Shown one piece after another: positions 9,759 through 19,204 of a stretch of 64,000 nucleotides of DNA. Positions within the stretch are counted from its first letter, which is position 1; every line of letters begins with the position of its first letter. The DNA lies in assembly GCA_029856125.1 (NCBI GenBank), contig JAHQWJ010000014.1, positions 32,001 through 96,000 on the forward strand. Direction: 5' to 3'. Origin of the DNA: Promethearchaeia archaeon. Lineage in GTDB: Archaea > Asgardarchaeota > Lokiarchaeia > Sigyniarchaeales > SOKP01. The translations under genes and the position numbers were made by a program. The notes under the pieces are model-generated. The model did no database searches and had not been told where the DNA came from. It saw nothing but the letters and a program-made list of their open reading frames with translations.

Positions 9759-10847
9759 TTAGTGATATTTATAATATATACTACAAGTTCCCTCCATTGA
9801 AACCATGCAAGGCCCGATAGGATTAAGAGGAGTACAAGATTCTCTAAAAAGTTCACATTCAGTGGGATAAATTTTACCAACCATGACTAAGTGACAAGAA
9901 CATCCTGGAGGAATATCTTGCGATTTATTAATCTTTATATCAAATTTCTTATCAGCGTCAAATTCTTCGTATTTGTCTCGTATAGCCAATCCTCCGTCAA
10001 GAATTCGTCCAATTCCTCTCCAAGGACTTGATACTGATTGAAAAACATCGGCTATAATTCCCTGAGCAATTTTATTTCCCTCAGGTTTTACAACTCTCGA
10101 ATACTCGTTTAACGTTTCGAATTTTTTATTTTTTATTTGCTGGAGAAGCATTAAGATACCCAATAATACGTCGTTAGGTTCAAAACCGGCGATCACGTTA
10201 GGTACTTTATAAGCGTCTGAAAAGATCTTAAATGGTTGTAAACCTATAATTGTAGAAACGTGACCCGGTGATATAAATCCATCAATCCGAAGCTGCGATT
10301 GACTGATTAAAAGTTCCAAAGCCGCTGGAATTAATTTATAGGCACAAATTACAGAGAAATTAGAAGGAGGTCCGCTTTGAATTTCGTATCCTATCAGTGG
10401 AGCAGTGGTTTCAAAGCCAATAGCAAAAAATATTACTTCTTTATTTGGATTTTCTTTAGCGATTTTAACTGCGTCGTGCGGCCCGTAAACTATTCTTACA
10501 TCTGCACCTTTCGCCTTTGCTTGTGCTAAAGATAGGTTGGTAGCTGGAACGCGTATCATATCCCCAAAAGTAGTGATGATAGTGTCGTCTCGTTTCCCAA
10601 TCTCAATTGCCTTATCGATATCTGCAGCAGGACATACGCAAACAGGGCACCCCGGACCTGAAAGGATTTCGATCTCCTTAGGTAACAACGGTCTTAGCCC
10701 ATACTTCGAAAGAGTGTGTTCGTGAGTGCCACACACGTGCATAAACTTAACTGGTTTATTTATATCCTTTACAATTTTATTTATTGATTTAATTATTTTT
10801 TCAGTGAATTCTCTGCTTCTTAAAATTTTAATTCCTGGAATATCCAT
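9759..10847 (-). CDS. hypD: Hydrogenase maturation protein HypD
   Basis: CGTHE, GPGCPVC, GFETT, PGHVS, GPCMVSMEGTC. Confidence 0.97.
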   Translation of the reverse strand: MDIPGIKILRSREFTEKIIKSINKIVKDINKPVKFMHVCGTHEHTLSKYGLRPLLPKEIEILSGPGCPVCVCPAADIDKAIEIGKRDDTIITTFGDMIRVPATNLSLAQAKAKGADVRIVYGPHDAVKIAKENPNKEVIFFAIGFETTAPLIGYEIQSGPPSNFSVICAYKLIPAALELLISQSQLRIDGFISPGHVSTIIGLQPFKIFSDAYKVPNVIAGFEPNDVLLGILMLLQQIKNKKFETLNEYSRVVKPEGNKIAQGIIADVFQSVSSPWRGIGRILDGGLAIRDKYEEFDADKKFDIKINKSQDIPPGCSCHLVMVGKIYPTECELFRESCTPLNPIGPCMVSMEGTCSIYYKYH

Positions 10848-10862
10848 CTTTTTCAGTCTATT

Positions 10863-11531
10863 TTAATCAATAATGATGTGTTCTAAAATTTGACCCGAAG
10901 TATCAAAACACTTTATACTATCAGAACGATTGTAAGGATGGGCCAATAACATTGTAAATCTTCGTTTTTTAAAAATCTGGTTTAGTTTCTCATTCGTTGA
11001 GAGCGTGCCTGATGGGCGTGATATGAAAGTTCCTTCATATGAGAAATCTAATGGAATACTACAGGTTGGTCTGATTATCTCAAAATCTTTATCACTATCA
11101 GTACAAGCTCTTGATGATATTATATATTCAGATACAACTCCTTTGTGGACTCCCAATATCCCCTTCATTTTTTTAGGATGACCCTTTTGACACATATCAA
11201 CTAATCCCTCAAGAAAATCTTTTTTAATCATAATTTGATTTAATTTCATATTATCAATTAATAAAAGAATTTCATCAATTATTTCTAAAACGGAGTCTGT
11301 TGAATGTTTGTTCCAATTCCGTAATGAGGATACGATCCGACTGAGTTTAAATTGATCTGTTCTATTTTTAATTAAATAAGCTTTTAGTTTTTTTGGATAT
11401 CTTCTAAAATCGACTTCTAACGAAATTTCATTATTGATTTCAAAATGCAAAAGATAGTTATCTCCGCCAACTGAAATAGCACCTGGAAATTTCTCAAGAA
11501 CTTTTCGATATTCTTCCTTTCTTATATCCAT
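10863..11531 (-). CDS. UBC/UEV(RWD)-like domain fused to a degenerate MPN/JAMM domain
   Basis: N-terminal half has VDF..YP and L.NW...VLEII.EI. C-terminal half follows the archaeal JAMM pattern (HP, PLD.S..G, PSG, HPY, FD..G) without its metal ligands. Confidence 0.55.
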   Translation of the reverse strand: MDIRKEEYRKVLEKFPGAISVGGDNYLLHFEINNEISLEVDFRRYPKKLKAYLIKNRTDQFKLSRIVSSLRNWNKHSTDSVLEIIDEILLLIDNMKLNQIMIKKDFLEGLVDMCQKGHPKKMKGILGVHKGVVSEYIISSRACTDSDKDFEIIRPTCSIPLDFSYEGTFISRPSGTLSTNEKLNQIFKKRRFTMLLAHPYNRSDSIKCFDTSGQILEHIIID

Positions 11532-11594
11532 AGTTTTCTCAAATTGTTATGGTTTATTTTATTTACGATTAAAATTTAAATTTCTGTAGTTATC

Positions 11595-12647
11595 TTAACA
11601 AATTCTCGGTATTGGTTCCCCTAAAGGCATATCTACAAACCGTGTTCCCCCTACTATGGTGTTTAAAAGTACCCTTTTAGGATTGTCTGACTTGACTACG
11701 CCGATTATCTCTGCGTCTTTTCCAATTGATGTTGATAGTATTTTAGATAAGATTTTTTCCGCTCGATTTGGATCTACAGACATAAGAGCTCTCCCCTCAG
11801 AAGCAATCGCATAAGGATCTAATCCCAGCATTTCACATATGGCATTAACTTGCTTTTTGATTGGAATCTTGTCTTCTTCTAAAGTAATACTTACATTTGA
11901 TTTATTTGCCCAATCGTTGAGTGCCCCTGCTATCCCACCTCTTGTTGGGTCTTTCATTGCGTGGATGTGATTATTTTCAATTTCTTCTTTAAGAACGTTG
12001 TAAATCTCAAGTAAATGCGCTACATCAGAATTCAAGTCAGTTGAAATATTTAAGCCTTCACGGCTTCCAATTAGTGCGCTCCCATGGTCACCAATACTCC
12101 CCGTAACAATAATGGTATCTCCCGGTTTTAAGTTAGCATCCAAAACTTTTATGTTTTTATCCTTGATTCCAATCCCCGTTGTTGCCATTATCATTTCGTT
12201 CAGGGTCCCCTTAGGCATTACCTTGGTGTCTCCAGCGATAATCGCAACGTTCGCCTCTTTAGCTTTGTTATTAAATGAATTAAGGATTTTGTTTAGTTGA
12301 TCGAACTTAAAACCCTCCTCTATAATAACTATCGACGTTAATGCTATAGGTTGAGCACCCATCATTATTAAATCGTTTACCGTGCCACAAACGCTTAATG
12401 TCCCTAAATTGCCCCCCGGAAAAAAAAGTGGATAAACAGTGTGTCCATCGGCAGTAATTACAATTTCTTTTTCATACTCATCTAAAGGAATTGTTGCTCC
12501 ATCGTCAAGTTCTTGAACTCCTATACCTTTGTTTACATTTTTAAAGGTAATATTTCTCGTAACATACGAGATTAGTTCTTCTTGTAATTTGCCACCAGCA
12601 CCATGAGCTAACGTAATTATATTTGAGCTCACTTTTTTCATACTCAT
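11595..12647 (-). CDS. hypE: Carbamoyl dehydratase HypE
   Basis: HGAGG, PLFFPGG, GTVND, GDTKV, MKDPTRGG, C-terminal PRIC. Confidence 0.97.
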   Translation of the reverse strand: MSMKKVSSNIITLAHGAGGKLQEELISYVTRNITFKNVNKGIGVQELDDGATIPLDEYEKEIVITADGHTVYPLFFPGGNLGTLSVCGTVNDLIMMGAQPIALTSIVIIEEGFKFDQLNKILNSFNNKAKEANVAIIAGDTKVMPKGTLNEMIMATTGIGIKDKNIKVLDANLKPGDTIIVTGSIGDHGSALIGSREGLNISTDLNSDVAHLLEIYNVLKEEIENNHIHAMKDPTRGGIAGALNDWANKSNVSITLEEDKIPIKKQVNAICEMLGLDPYAIASEGRALMSVDPNRAEKILSKILSTSIGKDAEIIGVVKSDNPKRVLLNTIVGGTRFVDMPLGEPIPRIC

Positions 12648-12729
12648 ACTAGAGAATAAGAATTAAAAATTAAAAGTATTTAGAATTTAGAGTAGAAAAT
12701 CGTAGCATTCATACGAATTACGGATTACT

Positions 12730-14340
12730 TTATAGTTTTATTCCATAAGCGTCAATTATATCGGGAAATTTCTTGAGTTCATTTAGATCTTCGTTAGAGA
12801 CCGCTTCGTCTAGTGTGATAATTGAAATTGCAGTATTTCCCTTTTCCTTTCTTCCGCATTGTAGCCCGGCTATGTTGATTCCTTTATTTCCTAAGAAACT
12901 TCCAATATTCCCAATCACTCCGGGGACATCGTTGTTTCTTAAGGCAAGCATGTAGTTTGTGGGAGCAAAGTCGTAAATTAAGCCGTTTATCTCGACTATT
13001 CGAGGATTTTCCGAGAAAACTGTTCCTGCAATTTTTGTAATAGAACCATCTTCAGCCATAATTGAAATTTTAATGTAATTTTCGTAATTAATTGGTTTAC
13101 CGTACTTTTCTACAATCACGTTAATTTCATTTTCTTGTAAAATCTCTTCTAAATTAATATAGGTTATTATATCTACCAGCCTCCCATCAAATAAGGACTG
13201 CAATATCACAGCTTTAATTGGATCAAAGTTAGTAAATATCTCTCCTTTATACTTAATTTTCACACTAATAATTTTTGATAGGTTAAACTGAGTAATGAAC
13301 TTACTTAAAGAAGCCCCTAATTCGATATAAGGCCGATATAAATCTGCCATTTCTTCTGACATGTTAAAAGAAATATTAACAGCATCTACGAATATTTTAG
13401 AATTAAGAGCTTGGCCTATTCTTTCAGCTGCTAATTTCGCGACCTCAATCTGCGCCTCAAATGTGCTAGCACCTAAGTGAGGCGTTGTAATACAATTATC
13501 TAATCCAATAAAAGGTGCGTCCTTAGGATCAACTGGTTCTTTAGAATAAACATCAATACATGCTCCTCCAATTTTGTTGTTTTTTAGAGCGTCGTATAGT
13601 GCTTGTTCATTTACAACACCCCCTCGAGCAACATTAACAATAATCGCTGTAGATTTCATTTTTTCTATCTCAGCATAACTAATTAAATCTTTTGTTTGAG
13701 TTGTTAAAGGAACGTGAATCGTGATATAGTCTGATCGAGCTAAAAAATCGTCAAAATTATTTAATAACTCAACCCCCAAATCCTGACCTCGTTTTCTTGG
13801 AACGAAATTATCGAAAGCTATTGTATTCATGTCAAACGCTTGACATTTTTTTACAACAGCGGCCCCGATATTTCCTAATCCAATAATTCCGACTGTTTTA
13901 CCTTGTAATTCTGAACCTCTTAAGATTTTTTTATCCCATTTGCCTTCACGCATAGAAGAGTTTGCTTTATAAATATTTCGCGCAAAATTCAGCATAAGAC
14001 CAACTGTTAGCTCAACTACCGCATTAGTATTGCCTAATGGAGTTATCAAAACAACAATTCCATGTTTATTACATTCTTCAATATTAATGTTATCGTATCC
14101 GGTTCCAGCTCGAACAATAACTTTCAATTTTTTCCCTGCGTTAATTATATCCGGAGTGATTTTAGTAGCGCTCCTAACTATAATACCGTCAAAATGTTCT
14201 ATAATTTCAAGAAGTTCTTCTCTACTTGTTTTATTATTAATCGTAAGTTCAAAATTTTTAAACTTCTTTAATATCTCAACTCCCTCTTGAGCTAAACCGT
14301 CAGAAATCAAAAGTTTGTAATTTTTTAATTCCATAATCAT
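12730..14340 (-). CDS. serA: D-3-phosphoglycerate dehydrogenase with ASB and ACT domains
   Basis: VRSAT, RAGTGYDN, GLGNIG, NVARGG, TPHLGAST.EAQ, ACT NNDVPGVIG. Confidence 0.95.
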   Translation of the reverse strand: MIMELKNYKLLISDGLAQEGVEILKKFKNFELTINNKTSREELLEIIEHFDGIIVRSATKITPDIINAGKKLKVIVRAGTGYDNINIEECNKHGIVVLITPLGNTNAVVELTVGLMLNFARNIYKANSSMREGKWDKKILRGSELQGKTVGIIGLGNIGAAVVKKCQAFDMNTIAFDNFVPRKRGQDLGVELLNNFDDFLARSDYITIHVPLTTQTKDLISYAEIEKMKSTAIIVNVARGGVVNEQALYDALKNNKIGGACIDVYSKEPVDPKDAPFIGLDNCITTPHLGASTFEAQIEVAKLAAERIGQALNSKIFVDAVNISFNMSEEMADLYRPYIELGASLSKFITQFNLSKIISVKIKYKGEIFTNFDPIKAVILQSLFDGRLVDIITYINLEEILQENEINVIVEKYGKPINYENYIKISIMAEDGSITKIAGTVFSENPRIVEINGLIYDFAPTNYMLALRNNDVPGVIGNIGSFLGNKGINIAGLQCGRKEKGNTAISIITLDEAVSNEDLNELKKFPDIIDAYGIKL

Positions 14341-14557
14341 TCATACCGCAAAGTTAATCGTAATTAAATTTTAGTTAAACACTTAGTAGGAATAAATACC
14401 GTAAATTTATTATCTTTTCGAATTAGAAACCTAGTTTATTGAGACCTTGTCTAACTCAGCTTCTTATATAAACCCCAAAAAACATGAAGAAAATATCTAA
14501 GAATGCTTTAGAATAAAATAAAAGTTAAAAAATAAAAAGTTCAATAATAAAAAAATT

Positions 14558-15913
14558 TTAATAAAATTCACAATCTTCAAGTATCATAGACAAATCTATA
14601 ACCGGTAAATCAGGTTTGTTGCGACTGGCAGCTAAATGTAAATTATTTTTACAAAAGACACAAGCGCTAACTAAAACTTCGGCATCGGTTTCGATTGCTT
14701 CCTTTAAGCGGTCTTCGTTAATGTTCTCCCAGCATGCTACAGTTTCATCTAAACGATTATTAGCAATATCAAGTGAGATTTCTCCGTATAAGGCTCTTAC
14801 TCCGCCTCCCGCACCACAGCATAACGACATTTCTCGGTTGTGTCTCATTTCGATAAACTTAACGCCTTCAATCATGTTCATTAGCTCTCTTGGCTCGTCG
14901 TAAACTCCACAGTATCGTCCTAAGTGGCATGGATCGTGATATGTGATAACCATAGGGTCTTCTTTTGTACGTTTCGTGTACCTAATCTTAAGACCTTTTT
15001 GTTTTACGATTTTAGGAACAAATTGAACCAAGTGAGAAAGCTCAAACCCAAGATCTCCGCCAGCAAACTTAGTATATTCTGTTGTAAATGTAGAAAAACA
15101 GCCTGCACAAGAAAAAACGAGTTCGTTTACTCCTAACTTACGGACCATGTCAAGGTTATATTCAACTAATTGAAGAGCATCGTCTTCTAACCCAGTTCGG
15201 AACATAACCGAGCCACAACAATATTCATCAGGAAATAAAATGAACTTCACGCCTAGTTTTTCTAAAATTCGAGCAGTTGCCGTACTTAACTCGTTATTAC
15301 GATATGAGCTTGTACAACCAACGAAATAACCAACTAAATGCTCATCAATATCACTTGGTTTTAATTCTCCAGATTCTATTTGTCTAGTACGTTCTGTTCC
15401 ACGTTGTAAAGCCTCGTATCCTTCTTTACAGGTTTCCGAATCACACCAATTATATCTATCTGTTCCACTTTCGAGAAATGGATTTTTATTTGTCAGTATC
15501 GAGTTTTTTAAGATTCCTAATTTTTCAGGTAGAACACCTTTACGCACTGCAGTTCTTCTGTAATTTTGAAAGACTTCTAAAGTATCGATTCCTACTGGGC
15601 AAACGGTTCTACAATGGCCACAAAGCATACATTGAAATAACGCAGGCACGATTTCTTCTTTATCGAAATCAAGCTCTCTTTTAGATAAGGCTTTGAGGAT
15701 TCTATTACGTCCACCAGCATAGTCTCTTTCGGAAAAGGTTATGCTATATACTCTACAAACGTTACGGCAATAACCGCACTGTATGCATTTCTCGAAATCG
15801 TTGTCTGTTTTGCGTCCTGGATCAACTAAATTCTCTTGGTCTGGTGCAAAAAATCCTGAGACTGGAGAACCAGTCGTAATTACTTTTTTTACATCACTTA
15901 CTTTTTCATTCAT
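14558..15913 (-). CDS. 2x[4Fe-4S] plus two CCG-domain oxidoreductase (GlcF/HdrD-like)
   Basis: CIQCGYCRNVC, CMLCGHCRTVC, YFVGC..CCGS..SCAGC, YHDPC..CCGAGGG..SACVFC. Confidence 0.9.
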   Translation of the reverse strand: MNEKVSDVKKVITTGSPVSGFFAPDQENLVDPGRKTDNDFEKCIQCGYCRNVCRVYSITFSERDYAGGRNRILKALSKRELDFDKEEIVPALFQCMLCGHCRTVCPVGIDTLEVFQNYRRTAVRKGVLPEKLGILKNSILTNKNPFLESGTDRYNWCDSETCKEGYEALQRGTERTRQIESGELKPSDIDEHLVGYFVGCTSSYRNNELSTATARILEKLGVKFILFPDEYCCGSVMFRTGLEDDALQLVEYNLDMVRKLGVNELVFSCAGCFSTFTTEYTKFAGGDLGFELSHLVQFVPKIVKQKGLKIRYTKRTKEDPMVITYHDPCHLGRYCGVYDEPRELMNMIEGVKFIEMRHNREMSLCCGAGGGVRALYGEISLDIANNRLDETVACWENINEDRLKEAIETDAEVLVSACVFCKNNLHLAASRNKPDLPVIDLSMILEDCEFY

Positions 15914-15938
15914 TATTAATTTTACTCCATTTTTGTTT

Positions 15939-17411
15939 TTAGATTGTTTTCATTGTTTTAAAGAGTCGTTTTGCTATCCAAAATAGAAGTCCCATCCTCC
16001 AAGTTCTCATCTTTGCTTTCACCAATCTGTAAGAGTTAACGAGATCTTTTGGGTCTAATTTGTTTTTCATTGCTAGTAAGGCCGCTGCTTTTTCAGGATT
16101 GTATTTGAGAAAGTAGAACGTATTTACTACGCCTAAAGTGTATAAGCTGTCTCCATTTTCGTAGTTATTTTTAGTTATATCGTTAAAAACTGCTTTAATT
16201 CCGAAAAATTCTCGAGAGTCCTTAATATTAGAAAGACCAAACAGTTTAACTCTGTTCTCTCCTTTAGCTCCAGACATCATGTAGAATGCATGTCGATACT
16301 TTTCTTTAGAGGTTTCAGTATAAAAGTTGTAAAAATCTTCGATTCGACCGTCAGATACCATATATTCTTGAAAAATTAAGTTCTCGCACCAACGTCCAAC
16401 ATTTAATTCAGTATCAGCCATGTCTCTCCATTTTTCCTTTAGATACCATTCTTCAACGCTAAGTCCGTCTAACTTTGAAGCTGTTTCTTTCGCAAATGAA
16501 ACGCTTTGAGAGGTCGCACTAGGATCGTCAGAATATACCGCATAGACGAAATAATCTCGCGATGGAAAAGTCCAGTGAGCATATTTCTCAAAATGTTTGT
16601 CTGAAAGCGAAAGGAAAAGCGGTTTGCTTGCATCGCTATTTTTCAGCGTTCGAAAGAACTCAATTGCCATTTTAAATGTGTGAAAACTGTATCCTACCAT
16701 CTCTAATGAAGTCTTAAGAGACGTTACTTCCATTTCTACTTCAGCGACAGCACCGAATATTCCAAAAGAGCCTATAACATCATCAAGCGATAAATCTCCT
16801 TGAGATTCGCGAGTTATAGTTTCAGTAGAACCATCTGGTTTCACAAAAACAATAGATCGTAATATATCTTTCATTGATCCATTTTTTAAGACACCCACTC
16901 CTACTTTACCAGAAGTAGCAACAAATCCGCTAACACAACTAGCTCTATAGCTAGTAGGATAACATTTTGGAGCTAATCCATATTCGAGAAGTTCTTCCAT
17001 GAGTTTTTGCCAAGAAATTCCAGCGTCACACTTAACAACCATTTTCTCTTTGTCAATATTGTGAACTTTGTTCATTCGTCGAAAATCAATTATTACACCA
17101 CCTTTAGTAGGTGTAGAAGCTGAATAACACGAAGTTCCTGCGGCTCGTAGGGTCATAGGTAATGAATATTCATCACATTTTTGCATCAATTTAGAAAGTT
17201 CTTCGGTATTACCAGGACGGATTACGTGAGTAGCTCGATATTCTTCTTTAAACTTATAGTGATACTTCGATAACAATGAAAGATCACCAGAAGTTGCTTC
17301 AATCTCGTAGATATCAGTGCTTACGTGTGGAGAGGGCATGAATTCTTCTACATCTTTTGTAAATTGTGTCTTTCCAATTTCTTCTTTTTCATCAATTTTT
17401 GCTTCATTCAT
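15939..17411 (-). CDS. FAD-binding (PCMH) oxidoreductase, GlcD/D-lactate dehydrogenase-like
   Basis: RAAGTS, GGVIID..RMN, DAGISW, GSFGIFGAV, K.KLDP..L.N; lacks the usual C-terminal HG.G motif. Confidence 0.8.
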   Translation of the reverse strand: MNEAKIDEKEEIGKTQFTKDVEEFMPSPHVSTDIYEIEATSGDLSLLSKYHYKFKEEYRATHVIRPGNTEELSKLMQKCDEYSLPMTLRAAGTSCYSASTPTKGGVIIDFRRMNKVHNIDKEKMVVKCDAGISWQKLMEELLEYGLAPKCYPTSYRASCVSGFVATSGKVGVGVLKNGSMKDILRSIVFVKPDGSTETITRESQGDLSLDDVIGSFGIFGAVAEVEMEVTSLKTSLEMVGYSFHTFKMAIEFFRTLKNSDASKPLFLSLSDKHFEKYAHWTFPSRDYFVYAVYSDDPSATSQSVSFAKETASKLDGLSVEEWYLKEKWRDMADTELNVGRWCENLIFQEYMVSDGRIEDFYNFYTETSKEKYRHAFYMMSGAKGENRVKLFGLSNIKDSREFFGIKAVFNDITKNNYENGDSLYTLGVVNTFYFLKYNPEKAAALLAMKNKLDPKDLVNSYRLVKAKMRTWRMGLLFWIAKRLFKTMKTI

Positions 17412-17426
17412 CTTTTTTTCACCTCA

Positions 17427-18035
17427 TCAGTATATGGGAGGAATGGGTAGTTCTAATAAGAGCCCTAAAAGAAAGGCCCCCCACCATCCTGCTAACGTAA
17501 AGTATCCTGTCATTCTTGCGAGATTTCGTTGTCCAGAAGCCCCAAATAAGAAGCTTGCGACACCTGTCATTAATCCAAAGGCTCCAAGAATTATATGAAG
17601 CGTGTGGATCATTCCGGAATAGTTAAGTATTTCCGGTGGAGTCAAGAACATTAATAGAATAACGTTTATTATCGTTACAATCAATGCTCCTCCAGCAGCT
17701 AATCCGTGCCACATAACATATTTTGCCTCGTCATATAAGACAAGAATTGTGCCAACCGATAATGAAATTAAAGCTGGCAAACCTAGAATTAATCCTATAT
17801 GCCAACTACCAAAATCTGGGTCAAACCCAGGAGATTGATAATCACTTAGTCTAAGAGCAAATATTTCAATACCATCTAATACGATTATTACAGTCATCAA
17901 AACTCCGAATATCGTTGCCATAATCCAAATGAGAACTTTCTTTTGATCTCGTTTCCTAAAGTTCAATATTAGAATCAATGCTATAAATATTGCAACAGCT
18001 GCAACGGAAAGGATTATTTGTATTTCAGGTTCCAT
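17427..18035 (-). CDS. His-containing polytopic membrane protein, DUF420/cytochrome b-like
   Basis: About 6 TM; WHIG, WHGLAAG, IHTLHIILG, RNLARMTG; ends 15 nt before the FAD gene start. Confidence 0.5.
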   Translation of the reverse strand: MEPEIQIILSVAAVAIFIALILILNFRKRDQKKVLIWIMATIFGVLMTVIIVLDGIEIFALRLSDYQSPGFDPDFGSWHIGLILGLPALISLSVGTILVLYDEAKYVMWHGLAAGGALIVTIINVILLMFLTPPEILNYSGMIHTLHIILGAFGLMTGVASFLFGASGQRNLARMTGYFTLAGWWGAFLLGLLLELPIPPIY

Positions 18036-18135
18036 AATCTTTACCTTTTTTTTTTGTTTTGTTTAAATTTGTAGTTAAATTTTTGATATTTTTTATAATC
18101 ATTTATAATGCTAAATAAACCTTTTTATTCCATAA

Positions 18136-19020
18136 TCATCTTAGGATTACACCTAAAAAGACTAATAAAAATCCTAAGACCATGTAAAGTGAAGCGATCT
18201 TGAAGATTAGAAATGTAAGTTTATTCGTCGGTTTTATCAAACTTTTGATTGATAAAATTATAATAATTAACGACAATACACCCCAGATGATTCTGATAAT
18301 CCAGTTTGCGCCCAATAGCCTCGCAGCTTCGTATAGCGCTACGCTACTAAGAAACGCACTAATTGCTATTACGCGCATAGTTTGGGCTTGTGAACTTACA
18401 ATAGGCCACATAGGTACTTTTGCTTTTTTATACCCCTCAAAATTTCTAGGAATTAGCGCTATCGTAAGAATATGTACGGGTATCCAAGTAAGAATGAAGA
18501 TAAGCAATAAAAATCCAATCCAATCTAAGCTCCCGGTTATTGCAACTCTACCTGCCCAAGCAGGGAGCCCACCAGCTATCCCTCCGAAGATAATACTATA
18601 TTTAGTTCTCCTTTTCAACCAAATACTATAAATAACGACATCAAAAAAGAATCCTAAAAATACGATTAAAGCTGCTAACCAGTTGAGAGTCAAAAACGCA
18701 AGGAAAATCCCTAAAACAGTGAATATGGTTCCAAATGTAAGCACTGCGGAGGCCGTAACCTTTCCGCTCGGTAATGGTCGATCTTTTGTACGCTCCATGA
18801 TTGCGTCGATATCCCTATCTATGTACATGTTTAGTATAGTAGTACCCGATACTGCAAGATACAAAGAAATTGCTAAATGGAGTAAATTAAACCAGTTAAT
18901 TTCTACTGCTAAACTTGCAACAGTAATCAAATAAGTAAAAACGCCAGTGTAAACTAAAAGTATCGTCTGTCTCGCTTTAATAAGTTCTCCAAAGAGCGTT
19001 AATACATTTTTCAAATTCAA
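18136..19020 (-). CDS. cyoE: Protoheme IX farnesyltransferase (heme O synthase)
   Basis: NMYIDRDIDAIMERTKDRPLPSG, Y..WLKRRT, GGIAG, WIPVH, P..P. Confidence 0.92.
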   Translation of the reverse strand: MNLKNVLTLFGELIKARQTILLVYTGVFTYLITVASLAVEINWFNLLHLAISLYLAVSGTTILNMYIDRDIDAIMERTKDRPLPSGKVTASAVLTFGTIFTVLGIFLAFLTLNWLAALIVFLGFFFDVVIYSIWLKRRTKYSIIFGGIAGGLPAWAGRVAITGSLDWIGFLLLIFILTWIPVHILTIALIPRNFEGYKKAKVPMWPIVSSQAQTMRVIAISAFLSSVALYEAARLLGANWIIRIIWGVLSLIIIILSIKSLIKPTNKLTFLIFKIASLYMVLGFLLVFLGVILR

Positions 19021-19132
19021 GAATATCCCCGAGCGTTAGCAATTAATATTCAGTTTATAAATGAAAGAAATACCAAATAAAAGTTGAATAGTGAAATTAA
19101 GAATGCTTAATAAAATTTTATTTCGATAAATA

Positions 19133-19200
19133 TAAGATTAAATTAGAAAAAATAAGATTAGAAAATAGTAAGAATAGAAAAAAATAAGATTAGAAAAAAA
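19133..19200. repeat. Degenerate tandem TAAGA(T/A)TAGAAAA units, U-rich on the minus strand (terminator-like)
   Basis: Four imperfect copies immediately downstream of the 19205..20740 stop. Confidence 0.5.
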
Positions 19201-19204
19201 AATT

